The notes below the pieces were generated by a model. It saw nothing but the letters and a program-made list of their open reading frames with translations. It did not search any database and had not been told where the DNA came from. Positions 39,707 through 48,845 of a stretch of 64,000 bases of DNA are shown one piece after another; the stretch's first letter is position 1; each line of letters opens with the position of its first letter. The stretch is from a virus (Duplodnaviria > Caudoviricetes), in IMG/VR virus record IMGVR_UViG_3300037067_013742, positions 128,001 to 192,000 of that record, one strand, 5' to 3'. Position numbers and translations under genes: made by a program.

Positions 39707-40468
39707 TTATTCATATTTCAATCTAATTCCGTTTTTGGATTTACGGGAAATATAGGTGCCAAGTCCAGCTCTATTCCACTCAGAGATAGAGATAGTATAT
39801 CCTGATAGATATTCAGTCTCTTCTCCTCTTTTTCTATTGCACCATCTTTGTTGGGAGATTCCCTTAAATCTTCCCCCGTGCTTGATACTAAGGGCAGTAC
39901 ATATAGTATCAATTGGCGTTAAATCTCCATACATTCGGATAGAAAGAGAATACTGCTGTGCGGTTCCTTCTGAATCGAATAGGCCCTCTAACATCCCCTT
40001 GTTTGCTTCGATGGATGGAAGAACCTTTATAATCTTTCCATTAGCTGGCCCAAAACTACCCACCATCCATCTAGCAAAGTCTACGTTACAAAATGACATT
40101 ACCCACTGGGCTCTTGAATCATAATATTTAACGGAAGCTTCGTATCCTGTTAGTCGTTTTACTTTGGAAGCAGTAGTTCTTGCGAAATCCTCGTCAATTG
40201 TGAATAGCCTAAAGTTGGCCTTGTTCCATACGTTTCCATCACCAAGATATACACCAACTAGATATCCGAGATGATAGTCCCATTCATCGAATGTCCAGTG
40301 GTTTTTTCTTTCGGAGCTAGATTTACTAGCCCCTCTAAAAAGACCTAGTCTTCTTGCTTTTCTGGAGATTACTTTCATAGAACGCCCAAGTCTTTCCCCA
40401 ACTTTTTTGGGGCCGTCGCGCTCAAAATTCTCGAGAATATAGGCGACTTCTTCTACCGTATAATTCAT
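39707..40468 (-). CDS. Free-standing LAGLIDADG homing endonuclease
   Basis: YLVGVYLGDG and MLEGLFDSEG; N-terminal HTH-like region. Confidence 0.8.
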   Translation of the reverse strand: MNYTVEEVAYILENFERDGPKKVGERLGRSMKVISRKARRLGLFRGASKSSSERKNHWTFDEWDYHLGYLVGVYLGDGNVWNKANFRLFTIDEDFARTTASKVKRLTGYEASVKYYDSRAQWVMSFCNVDFARWMVGSFGPANGKIIKVLPSIEANKGMLEGLFDSEGTAQQYSLSIRMYGDLTPIDTICTALSIKHGGRFKGISQQRWCNRKRGEETEYLSGYTISISEWNRAGLGTYISRKSKNGIRLKYE

Positions 40469-40501
40469 ATAGGGAGTATAGCACAGTTCTAATCTACGCT
40501 G

Positions 40502-41500
40502 CTAATCTTCGTAAGTGTCCCAACATAAAGAGGAATGCGGACAATAACTACATTGAAAGTCGCCGAGTGTTTCTTTTCCTTTGCCCCGCGGTCCATGAGA
40601 CGATTGCCATTTCTCATAGGCTGATTTAGAGACTAGCCCTTGGGCATATCTTATTTCAATTGTCTCTTTATCGTACTCTCTAGAGAACTCTCTTTTCGGC
40701 GGGGTCCCACCGGGAAGAAGACCATCTACCATCCTATATCTAGCTAAAATATCTTCTACTGAATATGGAAGTACGGTTGTTGGAACTCTCATTCTTGGAG
40801 AACGGTAGGATATCTTGCTGATATTTATAGTTTCGTCTTCTCCGATAACCTGCATCTCTTCAGATAGCCAAACATCAAATACGCCGAAGTGACCATCGCC
40901 TCTATCACATACGAAGATTGCGCCAAATGGAAGATACATTGGGTGATCTTTAGGAAGCTTAGAAAAATAATTTAGATAGAGGGCAACCTGCATTACGTAA
41001 GTATCTCTGGGCTTACCTGGATCTCCACCCTGATTTAGGAACCTCCCAAATATTTCTTTTTGAGCATAGTACCCGTAGATCGATTTAATCTCTAGGAGAT
41101 ATTTAACTTGATCAGATCTTCTCTTTAGAACGGCGTCTAGCTCGCCAGCTATTTGAATGCCCCCCATCACAGCTTTGAACTGGATATTATTTCCGGCCCA
41201 TAGACCAGCTACCTTACACTTCTCAATGATCTCTTTCTCTACTTCTTTGCCAACCTCCATTCTCTGGATTTGGTGTGGCATATCTAAAGCTTCTTCAGGT
41301 GGGTAGCCCTTTAGTCTGAACCAGGTAGCTCTAGAACAATGTCCTACAACTAACGGTCCGTACTTAGTTGAAATAACTGCTGATGCTTCTGATGGACGGA
41401 ACATTCCAGTGCTTGGTCGGGGGAAGATATCTGGGTGGACTAGAACTTTTTCAAATTCTTCGTGTAGGTGGGATTCTGGTTCACTTCCTGGTAAGTACAT
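40502..41500 (-). CDS. Cas4/AddB-like PD-(D/E)xK exonuclease
   Basis: CSR, GELD, LEIKS, QVALY, C-terminal CSYC.....C. Confidence 0.75.
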   Translation of the reverse strand: MYLPGSEPESHLHEEFEKVLVHPDIFPRPSTGMFRPSEASAVISTKYGPLVVGHCSRATWFRLKGYPPEEALDMPHQIQRMEVGKEVEKEIIEKCKVAGLWAGNNIQFKAVMGGIQIAGELDAVLKRRSDQVKYLLEIKSIYGYYAQKEIFGRFLNQGGDPGKPRDTYVMQVALYLNYFSKLPKDHPMYLPFGAIFVCDRGDGHFGVFDVWLSEEMQVIGEDETINISKISYRSPRMRVPTTVLPYSVEDILARYRMVDGLLPGGTPPKREFSREYDKETIEIRYAQGLVSKSAYEKWQSSHGPRGKGKETLGDFQCSYCPHSSLCWDTYED

Positions 41501-41730
41501 TATTCACCAAAGTCTAATTCCTCGTCTGGTGCTGGCTCCAAACCGATTATTTCCCAGCCCTCTATCTGTAGATTCTTAAGCATAGATTCTACCACGAGGG
41601 TATGAAGCCAAGGAGGTGGGTCTCCTCTCTCTAACATCTCCATTAGGCTTTCTGCAAATTCCTCTTCTCCATCATCCAGCCTAAACTTAACAGAGCAAGA
41701 ACAGGAGATGTCAAAGATGCATCGTTTCAT
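41500..41730 (-). CDS. Hypothetical acidic protein
   Basis: Coupled stop/start overlaps. Confidence 0.5.
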   Translation of the reverse strand: MKRCIFDISCSCSVKFRLDDGEEEFAESLMEMLERGDPPPWLHTLVVESMLKNLQIEGWEIIGLEPAPDEELDFGE

Positions 41731-42119
41731 CAGAAGTTTTCTCCAAGGTAATCTGGAACATTCTTTAAAGTAAATACCTTATCACAGGACTTGCAAAAGA
41801 TTCTACCAGGAAGATCTTCTTTGTATAGCGTAATAATGGTTTGACTTTCTGAGTCCGAAAACCTCATGAAGACGCCAGGCGTTGGGACTAGTTCTCCATG
41901 CTCTAATCCGTCGTCTTCAAATGGGAATGATAGCTGCCGCTCGTCTGCGCTTTCTATAAACTGATAGGAGAGGCTGGGAGGGTTTAAGGTCAGCTCCTGT
42001 GAGGGAGTTACTTCCCCATTTTCAACTGGTATTCTGAGAACATATTCTCCATAAACATACATAGCTAACCTATGTTGCTTACCACAATTGGGGCAAGCAA
42101 GAGATCGATCTGTCTGCAT
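41730..42119 (-). CDS. Hypothetical Zn-binding protein
   Basis: CPNC and CKSC. Confidence 0.5.
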   Translation of the reverse strand: MQTDRSLACPNCGKQHRLAMYVYGEYVLRIPVENGEVTPSQELTLNPPSLSYQFIESADERQLSFPFEDDGLEHGELVPTPGVFMRFSDSESQTIITLYKEDLPGRIFCKSCDKVFTLKNVPDYLGENF

Positions 42120-42991
42120 TAGCGCTCCTGATAGGTTCCGAGGTAAACGTGCCTTGTTTGGGTAGGATCAACATTCCCCTGAGCGTCCATCTCGACTATG
42201 GCATAGCCCAGATCGATAGGGCTATAGTTACAGCCACCATCTTCTTCATAATCCATCGGATAACATAAGGCGCCTTCATCAATTAAAAGGCTTCCGTTAC
42301 GGTATGGGATTGTTCCGACCCTGTGGCTGTGGCCAGAGACGAGACACTGAAACTGAGTCCCTCTGTTAAGGAACCAGTTTGCAACATGGATAGCGTTAGA
42401 CATTGGCGCCTTACTAAAACCACGAAGTCTATGGGCGAAGATTGTCTTTCCGATTCTAATCCACCAGCCTCCAGTCTCGTCTCCGGCATACATAACGTTT
42501 GGGAGGTCAATAGTTGGTAATTGCTCTCCCTTCTCGTTAAATCTTTCCCCGTTAGCCAGATGACGGAGAGGGCTACCTTTAATAAGAAATTGTATTGTTG
42601 GGTTTAGCTTTCCAAGTTCTCGTGAGAATCTTCCGGCGTCGTGATTGCCATCGACTAAGATGACTCTGCCAAAGTGCTGGGCAGCTAGTCTAACGATGTC
42701 GCTGTTTGCCGAGTACTCTACGGCAAAGGGGATCTCTTTGCTCTTTGGAAATTGAGATATGAGGTTGCAATCAAACATATCTCCATTAATTACGAGGTAC
42801 TCCGCGCCAGAATACCTCTCGATTATGTCTTGTACCAAATCCTCTCTAACGAATGGTGTATGCAAATCTGAGATTGAGATTACTCTAATTCGCTTGCGGC
42901 CGATTGGGTGAAGCCTTGCTTCTTCTAAGTTTTGTAGCTTCTGTCTGTAGGCGTCACAATAGCGTTGTACTTTCTCTAACTTAGACATCAT
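42119..42991 (-). CDS. Calcineurin-like metallophosphoesterase
   Basis: SDLH, NGD, GNHD, H, GHSH. Confidence 0.85.
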   Translation of the reverse strand: MMSKLEKVQRYCDAYRQKLQNLEEARLHPIGRKRIRVISISDLHTPFVREDLVQDIIERYSGAEYLVINGDMFDCNLISQFPKSKEIPFAVEYSANSDIVRLAAQHFGRVILVDGNHDAGRFSRELGKLNPTIQFLIKGSPLRHLANGERFNEKGEQLPTIDLPNVMYAGDETGGWWIRIGKTIFAHRLRGFSKAPMSNAIHVANWFLNRGTQFQCLVSGHSHRVGTIPYRNGSLLIDEGALCYPMDYEEDGGCNYSPIDLGYAIVEMDAQGNVDPTQTRHVYLGTYQER

Positions 42992-44013
42992 CCCTCAGTT
43001 CTCAAAAGACTTCTTTTAATGATGGCCGATGCAAAATCTCTAGATTTCCCCTTTCGGCCAGGTAGGACTCGGAGGGCACCCATAAATAAAGGATATTTCA
43101 AATCCCACTCGCTGTCACTACCGATGTTCACAAGGTCAAACTTTTGGCCAACGATGACTGCGTATTGAACTTCCGCTTGTCCGGTTTCGTCATCTTCAGC
43201 TTCTCCGCCTCCAGACTTAGTAATATCTACCTTACCCGATATAGCATAAATGTTACCTACCTGTAGTTGGTCCTGAAGCTTCTCCCACATCTTTGGGAAG
43301 ATGACGACTTCGATACTAGCTGTCTTATCCTCTACCCTAACCTTTGCCATAAGTGTCTTCTTGCGAGTATTTATAATCTTTAGGGATGAAAGGATCCCGG
43401 TTATAAGAACCTTAGCATCTTGGTCTTCTCGCTTAACTAAATAGATCGGGACACTACTCTCTGGGACTTTTATCTCGTCAAGTGGGTGGCCAGAAATATA
43501 AGCATTTAAAAGCTCTCTTTGGTTTCGTAATCGTTCTCTTGGAGATAACGCGATTCTCTGTCGTGGTGGCTCCTGGGGTGGCTTGGGCTCGTCCTCCTCA
43601 TAGGAGGGAGGAGGCGGGGTTTCCTTTAGTATGAGTACTGGCTTACCGGGTTCCTTAGAAGTACTACTCGGATTTTTCGCCAGTCGGTCTTCCCATCTAC
43701 GATGCTTTTCTTGATACTCAAGAAGCTTCTCTTCATATCGTATCGTCTTCTCTTTATTTTTCTCGGCGATACTAGTGACTAGGTCAGAATACTTTCGCTG
43801 GGAGGATTCCTTCTGGTGAGTAAACCGTTCTAGTTTGTCTTTATAGGAGGCTAGGCCTCTCCTATATGTAACAAACTCCTTTGCATATTCAGCGGCCTCA
43901 AGCTCATTCATATCTTCTATAGAAGAGAAAGCACCAGCCTTACCTAAAACCTCTGCTGCCTTGGAGTTTATGTCTGTTTTTTCTAAGAGATCCTTTATAG
44001 AGTCAAATCTCAA
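42988..44013 (-). CDS. dnaE: DNA polymerase III alpha piece 4 (end of HhH region plus OB fold)
   Basis: FDSIKDL...KAGAF, YISGHPLD, MAKVRVEDKT..IEVVIFP. Confidence 0.85.
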   Translation of the reverse strand: MRFDSIKDLLEKTDINSKAAEVLGKAGAFSSIEDMNELEAAEYAKEFVTYRRGLASYKDKLERFTHQKESSQRKYSDLVTSIAEKNKEKTIRYEEKLLEYQEKHRRWEDRLAKNPSSTSKEPGKPVLILKETPPPPSYEEDEPKPPQEPPRQRIALSPRERLRNQRELLNAYISGHPLDEIKVPESSVPIYLVKREDQDAKVLITGILSSLKIINTRKKTLMAKVRVEDKTASIEVVIFPKMWEKLQDQLQVGNIYAISGKVDITKSGGGEAEDDETGQAEVQYAVIVGQKFDLVNIGSDSEWDLKYPLFMGALRVLPGRKGKSRDFASAIIKRSLLRTEG

Positions 44014-44423
44014 GTTTCCTCCGCATCTCTAAACTCTACTATCTTTTCCGCCATTGCTCGTGGCATTCCTTTGATATGACCTAACCCAAATCTTATAGCT
44101 TTGCCCTCTGGCTGATGGTCGACTCCAGATAGATTTATGTCTGGGGGTAGTATCTTTATTCCCATCCCCTTTGCGGACATTACGTACTGGATTATTTTGT
44201 CGTCGTCAGTTTCGTGAGTTAGCATTGCCGCATGGTAATGAACAGGGTGGTTAGCTTTTAGATAAGCGGTCCACATAGTTAAGTAGGCGTAAGCCACGCT
44301 ATGGGAGTTTCCGGAGATTACCCCATTGGCAAGAGCAAAGTTATGTTGCTCTCCTCTCATCCTGAGATTGAAAGTGTCTTCGATTCCCACCAGCTTAACT
44401 GAGCAAACTTTTAGCTTTTTCAT
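44010..44423 (-). CDS. dnaE: Split-intein C fragment fused to DnaE piece 3
   Basis: 39-aa IntC then SHSVAYAYL...YLKANHP, ILPPDINLS, IRFGLGHIKG. Confidence 0.9.
   Translation of the reverse strand: MKKLKVCSVKLVGIEDTFNLRMRGEQHNFALANGVISGNSHSVAYAYLTMWTAYLKANHPVHYHAAMLTHETDDDKIIQYVMSAKGMGIKILPPDINLSGVDHQPEGKAIRFGLGHIKGMPRAMAEKIVEFRDAEET
44307..44423 (-). mobile_element. Split intein C fragment (39 aa)
   Basis: MKKLKV...TFNL...HNFALANGVISGN followed by Ser. Confidence 0.9.
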
Positions 44424-45249
44424 ATTTCCTTACTAGTCTTAATCCATCTGAATCTTGATAGAGATACTGAATGATGAGGCGACAATCATCCTCACGGCTC
44501 CACTCTACATATGATAAGAGGGGACTACTTTGTTTGGCTGTCGGAAATTCGTAGGAGACCCCAAGAACCAGATGGAGTAAAAGAGATACTTGAGCCGTAA
44601 GGTATCGACTGCCCAAAAATCGGACACAGACCTTAGTTCCTGTCGAGTGTATATAAATACTCCCATCTCCATCAAGGTTTCCTCGTAAGACATGCGACTG
44701 GAAGATGGGGCTAACTATTGGAAGAACTTCCCTTCCTGTTTTTGCTTGAATAACTCCAAGGTTTCCCAGATCGCGGACCATTCTCGACGAAGAAACAATA
44801 AGCTGCGCCTGCTCTTGAGCCACTGAATAGTGGCCTTGTGAGAATTGTTTTTCGCGTGATGGGATGAGGCAGATTGATGAATTAGTACAAGTTTCTGTCT
44901 TTAGAAGATCAACAACCCACTGGTCACATCGAGCTAGTCTTATCCCGACTTGTAGCGGAGGATGAACCCAACCATCAGCAACAAGGAATCCTAGCAAATA
45001 AGCCTTTTCCTTAGTATCAATACTGGAGAAGTATTCGTGCTTTGTGGGCGAGTAATCTGTAACTCCACTTTTTCGGGGGATCTCCCATCTCCTTAAGATA
45101 TCGTAGATGGTCTTTGTCGTTTTTACCTTATGGTTAAGCTGCTCTAAAATCTTGTTTGCGGAGCATCCACTTTTATAAAGGGTAACGACGAGCTCTTCAT
45201 CGGCCGGTGTAATTATTCGACTTGGATATAGTCTTCGTTCGTGTGACAT
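44395..45249 (-). CDS. Free-standing LAGLIDADG endonuclease between split-intein halves
   Basis: YLLGFLVADG and VLRGNLDGDG. Confidence 0.85.
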   Translation of the reverse strand: MSHERRLYPSRIITPADEELVVTLYKSGCSANKILEQLNHKVKTTKTIYDILRRWEIPRKSGVTDYSPTKHEYFSSIDTKEKAYLLGFLVADGWVHPPLQVGIRLARCDQWVVDLLKTETCTNSSICLIPSREKQFSQGHYSVAQEQAQLIVSSSRMVRDLGNLGVIQAKTGREVLPIVSPIFQSHVLRGNLDGDGSIYIHSTGTKVCVRFLGSRYLTAQVSLLLHLVLGVSYEFPTAKQSSPLLSYVEWSREDDCRLIIQYLYQDSDGLRLVRKYEKAKSLLS

Positions 45250-45263
45250 AGTCTGAACAGATA

Positions 45264-46964
45264 TTAATCGGCAATCGAAATGATGTCAAGGTCTAGATCA
45301 AGTATTTCTCTTAGTGGGCGTTTTATCATATCGCCACAAAGGAACTGATGGTCCATTGTACAGGTTACTAAAGACCCGTCTGATAGCTCTATCTCGTAAA
45401 CTTCTTGCTTTCCAGTAGGGATAACTTCGAGACATTGATCTTGAACAATCTCGCGCTGTGAGTTGTAGCTAAGAAGTTCTGGTAGTTCGGTCTTGCCTAA
45501 TACAGAAAGTTGACCAATAGTCTTAGGTAGCCAATGTACACGAGGCTCTTGCTTACCAGGAAGCCAGGGACTGTCATGTGTTTTGACTAAGACCTCCGTA
45601 TTGGCAGAGAGGCAGGCATTAAATAGGTATTGGCCATAGTCCTTTAGCTGATCAAAAAGCTTCTCGGCCTGTATCTTGGTAAGCCCACCCTCTATCGCGC
45701 CAGCTATAAACTTGGGGGCTTCTGCGGCTAGCTTGTCTTGTTGCTTTTTGCCGAGCATCTTCATCACGGCATACGACTCTGGTGAAGTATAGCCACATAA
45801 ATCAGTGCAGATCTTCATAACCTGCTCTTGAAATACGACTACATTATAAGTAGGGGATAAGATCTTTCGCATGGTGTCGTTTAAGTAGACTGGGTCTTCT
45901 TTCCCCGAACGCGCATTGGCATATTGGTCAACTTGTCCGCTCGAGAGGGGACCAGGACGAAAGAGGGCTGAGGCAACGGAAAGGTCGTGGATGTTTTTTG
46001 GCTGGATCGCGACACAAAGCTCTTTAATTCCCTCTGAGCCACCTAGTTGGAATATACCGTCTAGATCCCCACGACAAATTAGGTCGTAGGCGGCCGGGTC
46101 TCCATCAGAGAGCTGTTCTAGATCAATATCGATATCTTCTCTCTTGAGAAGGTCTACACAAGTCTGGATGACTTTTAGAGTGCTGAGACCAAGGATGTCA
46201 AACTTTATAAGACCCGTCCGTTCTAGGTCTCTATAGTCAAACTGAGACGTTGGGTTGTCATCTTTGCCACGGTACAAGGGAACAAAATTGGTTACTTCTT
46301 CTGGTGCTATAACGACACCGCCAGCGTGGGTACCGTGCGACCTAACAATACCCCAAAGTTTTCTGACTATCTCAATAACGTCGGCGTATTTACTATCTAG
46401 TAGCTTAGGCGAGACTTTAGCCTCGTCGTCAAAGGAGGTCCACAGACCGGCAACTGGAGGGGGGACTAACTTTGCTAGCTCATCAGTAAACTCTCTAGGC
46501 TTATCTAGTACGCGGCATATATCTCTTATTGCCGATTTGGTTCGCATGAAACCAAGGGTCCCAACCCTAGCGACCTTGTTTTTTCCGTAACGGCTCTCTA
46601 GGTATGAGATTATTAGATCTCTATCAGAGGTATCGTAATCAATATCTGGTGGCGAGGCCCTGTCCTTTGACATAAATCTCTCGAAGGGGAGATCAAACTT
46701 AATTGGATCTACTAGAGTGATACCAAGGACATAAGCTAGTAATGACCCAGCTACCGATCCTCTGCCCGGCGCGGGAACGAGTCCCTGTTTCCTAACAAAG
46801 GAAGCTATATCCCAAACGATAAGGAAATAGGATGAGAAACCCAGGTGCTCAATAGTTTCTAGTTCAAAGTTTAATCTGTTTAAATATTCTAGGTTATCGC
46901 CGAAGCCTAAATCGTTTAGTCCTTGGTAGGCTTTTTTCCTTAGTAGTACTGTATTACTATCCAT
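45264..46964 (-). CDS. dnaE: DnaE piece 2 (catalytic palm/fingers) fused to split-intein N fragment
   Basis: YFLIVWD, GRGSVAGS, FERF, PPDIDYD, HAGGVVI, KFDILGL, RPGP, FQEQVM; start moved to ATG 46964 (TAATG overlap). Confidence 0.92.
   Translation of the reverse strand: MDSNTVLLRKKAYQGLNDLGFGDNLEYLNRLNFELETIEHLGFSSYFLIVWDIASFVRKQGLVPAPGRGSVAGSLLAYVLGITLVDPIKFDLPFERFMSKDRASPPDIDYDTSDRDLIISYLESRYGKNKVARVGTLGFMRTKSAIRDICRVLDKPREFTDELAKLVPPPVAGLWTSFDDEAKVSPKLLDSKYADVIEIVRKLWGIVRSHGTHAGGVVIAPEEVTNFVPLYRGKDDNPTSQFDYRDLERTGLIKFDILGLSTLKVIQTCVDLLKREDIDIDLEQLSDGDPAAYDLICRGDLDGIFQLGGSEGIKELCVAIQPKNIHDLSVASALFRPGPLSSGQVDQYANARSGKEDPVYLNDTMRKILSPTYNVVVFQEQVMKICTDLCGYTSPESYAVMKMLGKKQQDKLAAEAPKFIAGAIEGGLTKIQAEKLFDQLKDYGQYLFNACLSANTEVLVKTHDSPWLPGKQEPRVHWLPKTIGQLSVLGKTELPELLSYNSQREIVQDQCLEVIPTGKQEVYEIELSDGSLVTCTMDHQFLCGDMIKRPLREILDLDLDIISIAD
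45267..45614 (-). mobile_element. Split intein N fragment (116 aa)
   Basis: CLSANTEV..., GKQEVYEIELSDGS, TMDHQF (block B TxxH), acidic C-terminus then stop. Confidence 0.9.
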
Positions 46965-47905
46965 TAATCCTCGTCTATTTCTCCCACTAAGAACTGTCCA
47001 CAAGCTGCCATAATCTCGCTACCTGGCGAGGCCTGAACTTTAACCTTTTTTAAATCTCTAGTGAGCCGCTTGGCGATTTTGTCAAACTTAGAAGACTCCT
47101 GAAAAGGAGAACCATTACAGTGGTTGTATCGAAGTAGTCTGAATTCGCAGTCTTCTAATCTCGTGGCCATTAGGTCTACTACGGCATCTATCTCTTTCTC
47201 AGAATCGTTCACGTCTTCGAGTAGTAGGTGATGCACGATCATCCCTGTCCCGTCCAAAAAGTGGTGCAACCTTGAAAGTTTTTCTATGACATCTCTACTA
47301 CCAGGTATCAAGAAGTTTCTAGTTTCTGGTACTGCGGACATCAGCGAGACAAAGAACCTAACCATTGGTCTATCAAGACTCGATAGCCGTTTTAGTTCTT
47401 TGTTGTATAGGTGATACCTTTGTAGATAGTCATTAAGACCTCTTATATCTGCTATAGAGATAGCAGAGGGGAGGCTGGTCCCGATGTCAATTGTATCTAG
47501 AGAAGAAGCTAGCCCCTCTTCTAAAACATGGGAGATTATAAGCTGGGAGATTACTCCAACCATCTCTCGATGGAGTAGTGGCTCTCCCATGCTCATCCAG
47601 GAGAGCTTCAGCGCCTTCTCTTTTGCGGCGGGTACCTCCGTCGTAAAGTTTTGAATAGCCTCATTTATGTTAGCGACGGTACTAACTCTGTCTACTGGTT
47701 TATAACTAGTCCCTTTTGTATGAAGCATACAGAACTTACAGTTCATCTGACATCCGTAGGATGACGAGACGAAGACTGTGTACTTATCTCTTGCTTGTTT
47801 ACTAACGCCTCTATCGCAATTTGATAGAAGTTTAATGGCTGTCTCTGTCCCGTTAGAGTGGATATACTTATAGACTTCTCTATTTTCCGTGTGCAGAACT
47901 TTCAA
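46964..47905 (-). CDS. RlmN/Cfr-like radical SAM protein
   Basis: VSSSYGCQMNCKFC, MSMGEP, DVNDS, AACGQ. Confidence 0.8.
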   Translation of the reverse strand: MKVLHTENREVYKYIHSNGTETAIKLLSNCDRGVSKQARDKYTVFVSSSYGCQMNCKFCMLHTKGTSYKPVDRVSTVANINEAIQNFTTEVPAAKEKALKLSWMSMGEPLLHREMVGVISQLIISHVLEEGLASSLDTIDIGTSLPSAISIADIRGLNDYLQRYHLYNKELKRLSSLDRPMVRFFVSLMSAVPETRNFLIPGSRDVIEKLSRLHHFLDGTGMIVHHLLLEDVNDSEKEIDAVVDLMATRLEDCEFRLLRYNHCNGSPFQESSKFDKIAKRLTRDLKKVKVQASPGSEIMAACGQFLVGEIDED

Positions 47906-47906
47906 A

Positions 47907-48743
47907 CTATAGCCTCCATTGCGAATCTCCTATTGTAAGACATTGGTGCGGACATCCAACTGGATCGTTCCCACTAGGGCCAGTAGCACAAGATGAAAAG
48001 CATGGCCATGCATTTGGGATAAGTAGTCCGGCTGTTCTCTGGTTGTCTAATCTACCAGAAATAGGAGATAGGTGTCGGTGGTACTGGCTTTGGTCTACTA
48101 GATTCCATAAAGGAGAAGTTCTAAAAAGTCTTATCGGGGTTTCGAGGATGGGGATTTGGGCTTCGGCCGCCAGGATAATAAGCTCTTCTTGTTTTGCGTC
48201 GAGAGTATTACCTTGGGGAAATTTGGCTGTATTTAGCCGAAGGGAGGTTCTAAGTCCGGCTGTATTAGCCTTAAATAGATTAATAAGCCTGCTTAGTTGT
48301 GGCTCATTGGAAGCTAGGGCCGAAGTAGAGACTTGAACTATGGCTTCACTTTTTAGGAGCTTTGTAAGGATTGTGTCCTGTAATTCCGTATAGATCTTCG
48401 TTACGATCACGGGAGTCTTTCCATGATCGTGAAGTATCTCGCAGACTCTTGCAGAGGTTTTCCAGTTTAGGGAGGGATCAGAAATGCATCCAACTCTGAT
48501 CCAGGGGAGGCTATAGTTCTTTAACTGCCGCGAAAGAAACTTCTCGTCTAGGGGTCTCTTTACTGGATGAAAGAAATTAATCCCAACGCGGGCAGCTCCC
48601 TTGGCTGCATAGCAAGGGGCATCCTTCAGTTCGCATCCTGGGCAGCCACGATGAACGTCTATCGTTCCTGCTTCGCCTGTCTTCTTGTTATGTTGGATTG
48701 CAATCTTGGTGGGGCAGTAGTACTTCGAATTGTTTTGAGCCAT
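47907..48743 (-). CDS. Radical-SAM-like protein with atypical Cys spacing
   Basis: RGCPGCELKDAPCYA, RVGCISDP, IVTK (SPL-like); extra C-terminal Cys cluster. Confidence 0.5.
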   Translation of the reverse strand: MAQNNSKYYCPTKIAIQHNKKTGEAGTIDVHRGCPGCELKDAPCYAAKGAARVGINFFHPVKRPLDEKFLSRQLKNYSLPWIRVGCISDPSLNWKTSARVCEILHDHGKTPVIVTKIYTELQDTILTKLLKSEAIVQVSTSALASNEPQLSRLINLFKANTAGLRTSLRLNTAKFPQGNTLDAKQEELIILAAEAQIPILETPIRLFRTSPLWNLVDQSQYHRHLSPISGRLDNQRTAGLLIPNAWPCFSSCATGPSGNDPVGCPHQCLTIGDSQWRL

Positions 48744-48845
48744 ATCACTCTTATGATCTTCATGGTTTCTCCAAATGAATAGTCATATGGTGACATCTTC
48801 TGGCTCTTCTTATCTCTTCTAAATCACTATTCTCTTACGGCCTTT

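Noticed and set aside
43540-43660. Pro-rich stretch in DnaE piece 4 as a mobile insertion
   Set aside because: No intein or intron hallmarks; it looks like a low-complexity coiled-coil/linker expansion.
48743-48775. GGAG-ATG AAG ATC ATA AGA as an eighth MKIR-type gene
   Set aside because: It reads MKIIRVIW with no SNSSS, is out of frame with the downstream gene and is short.
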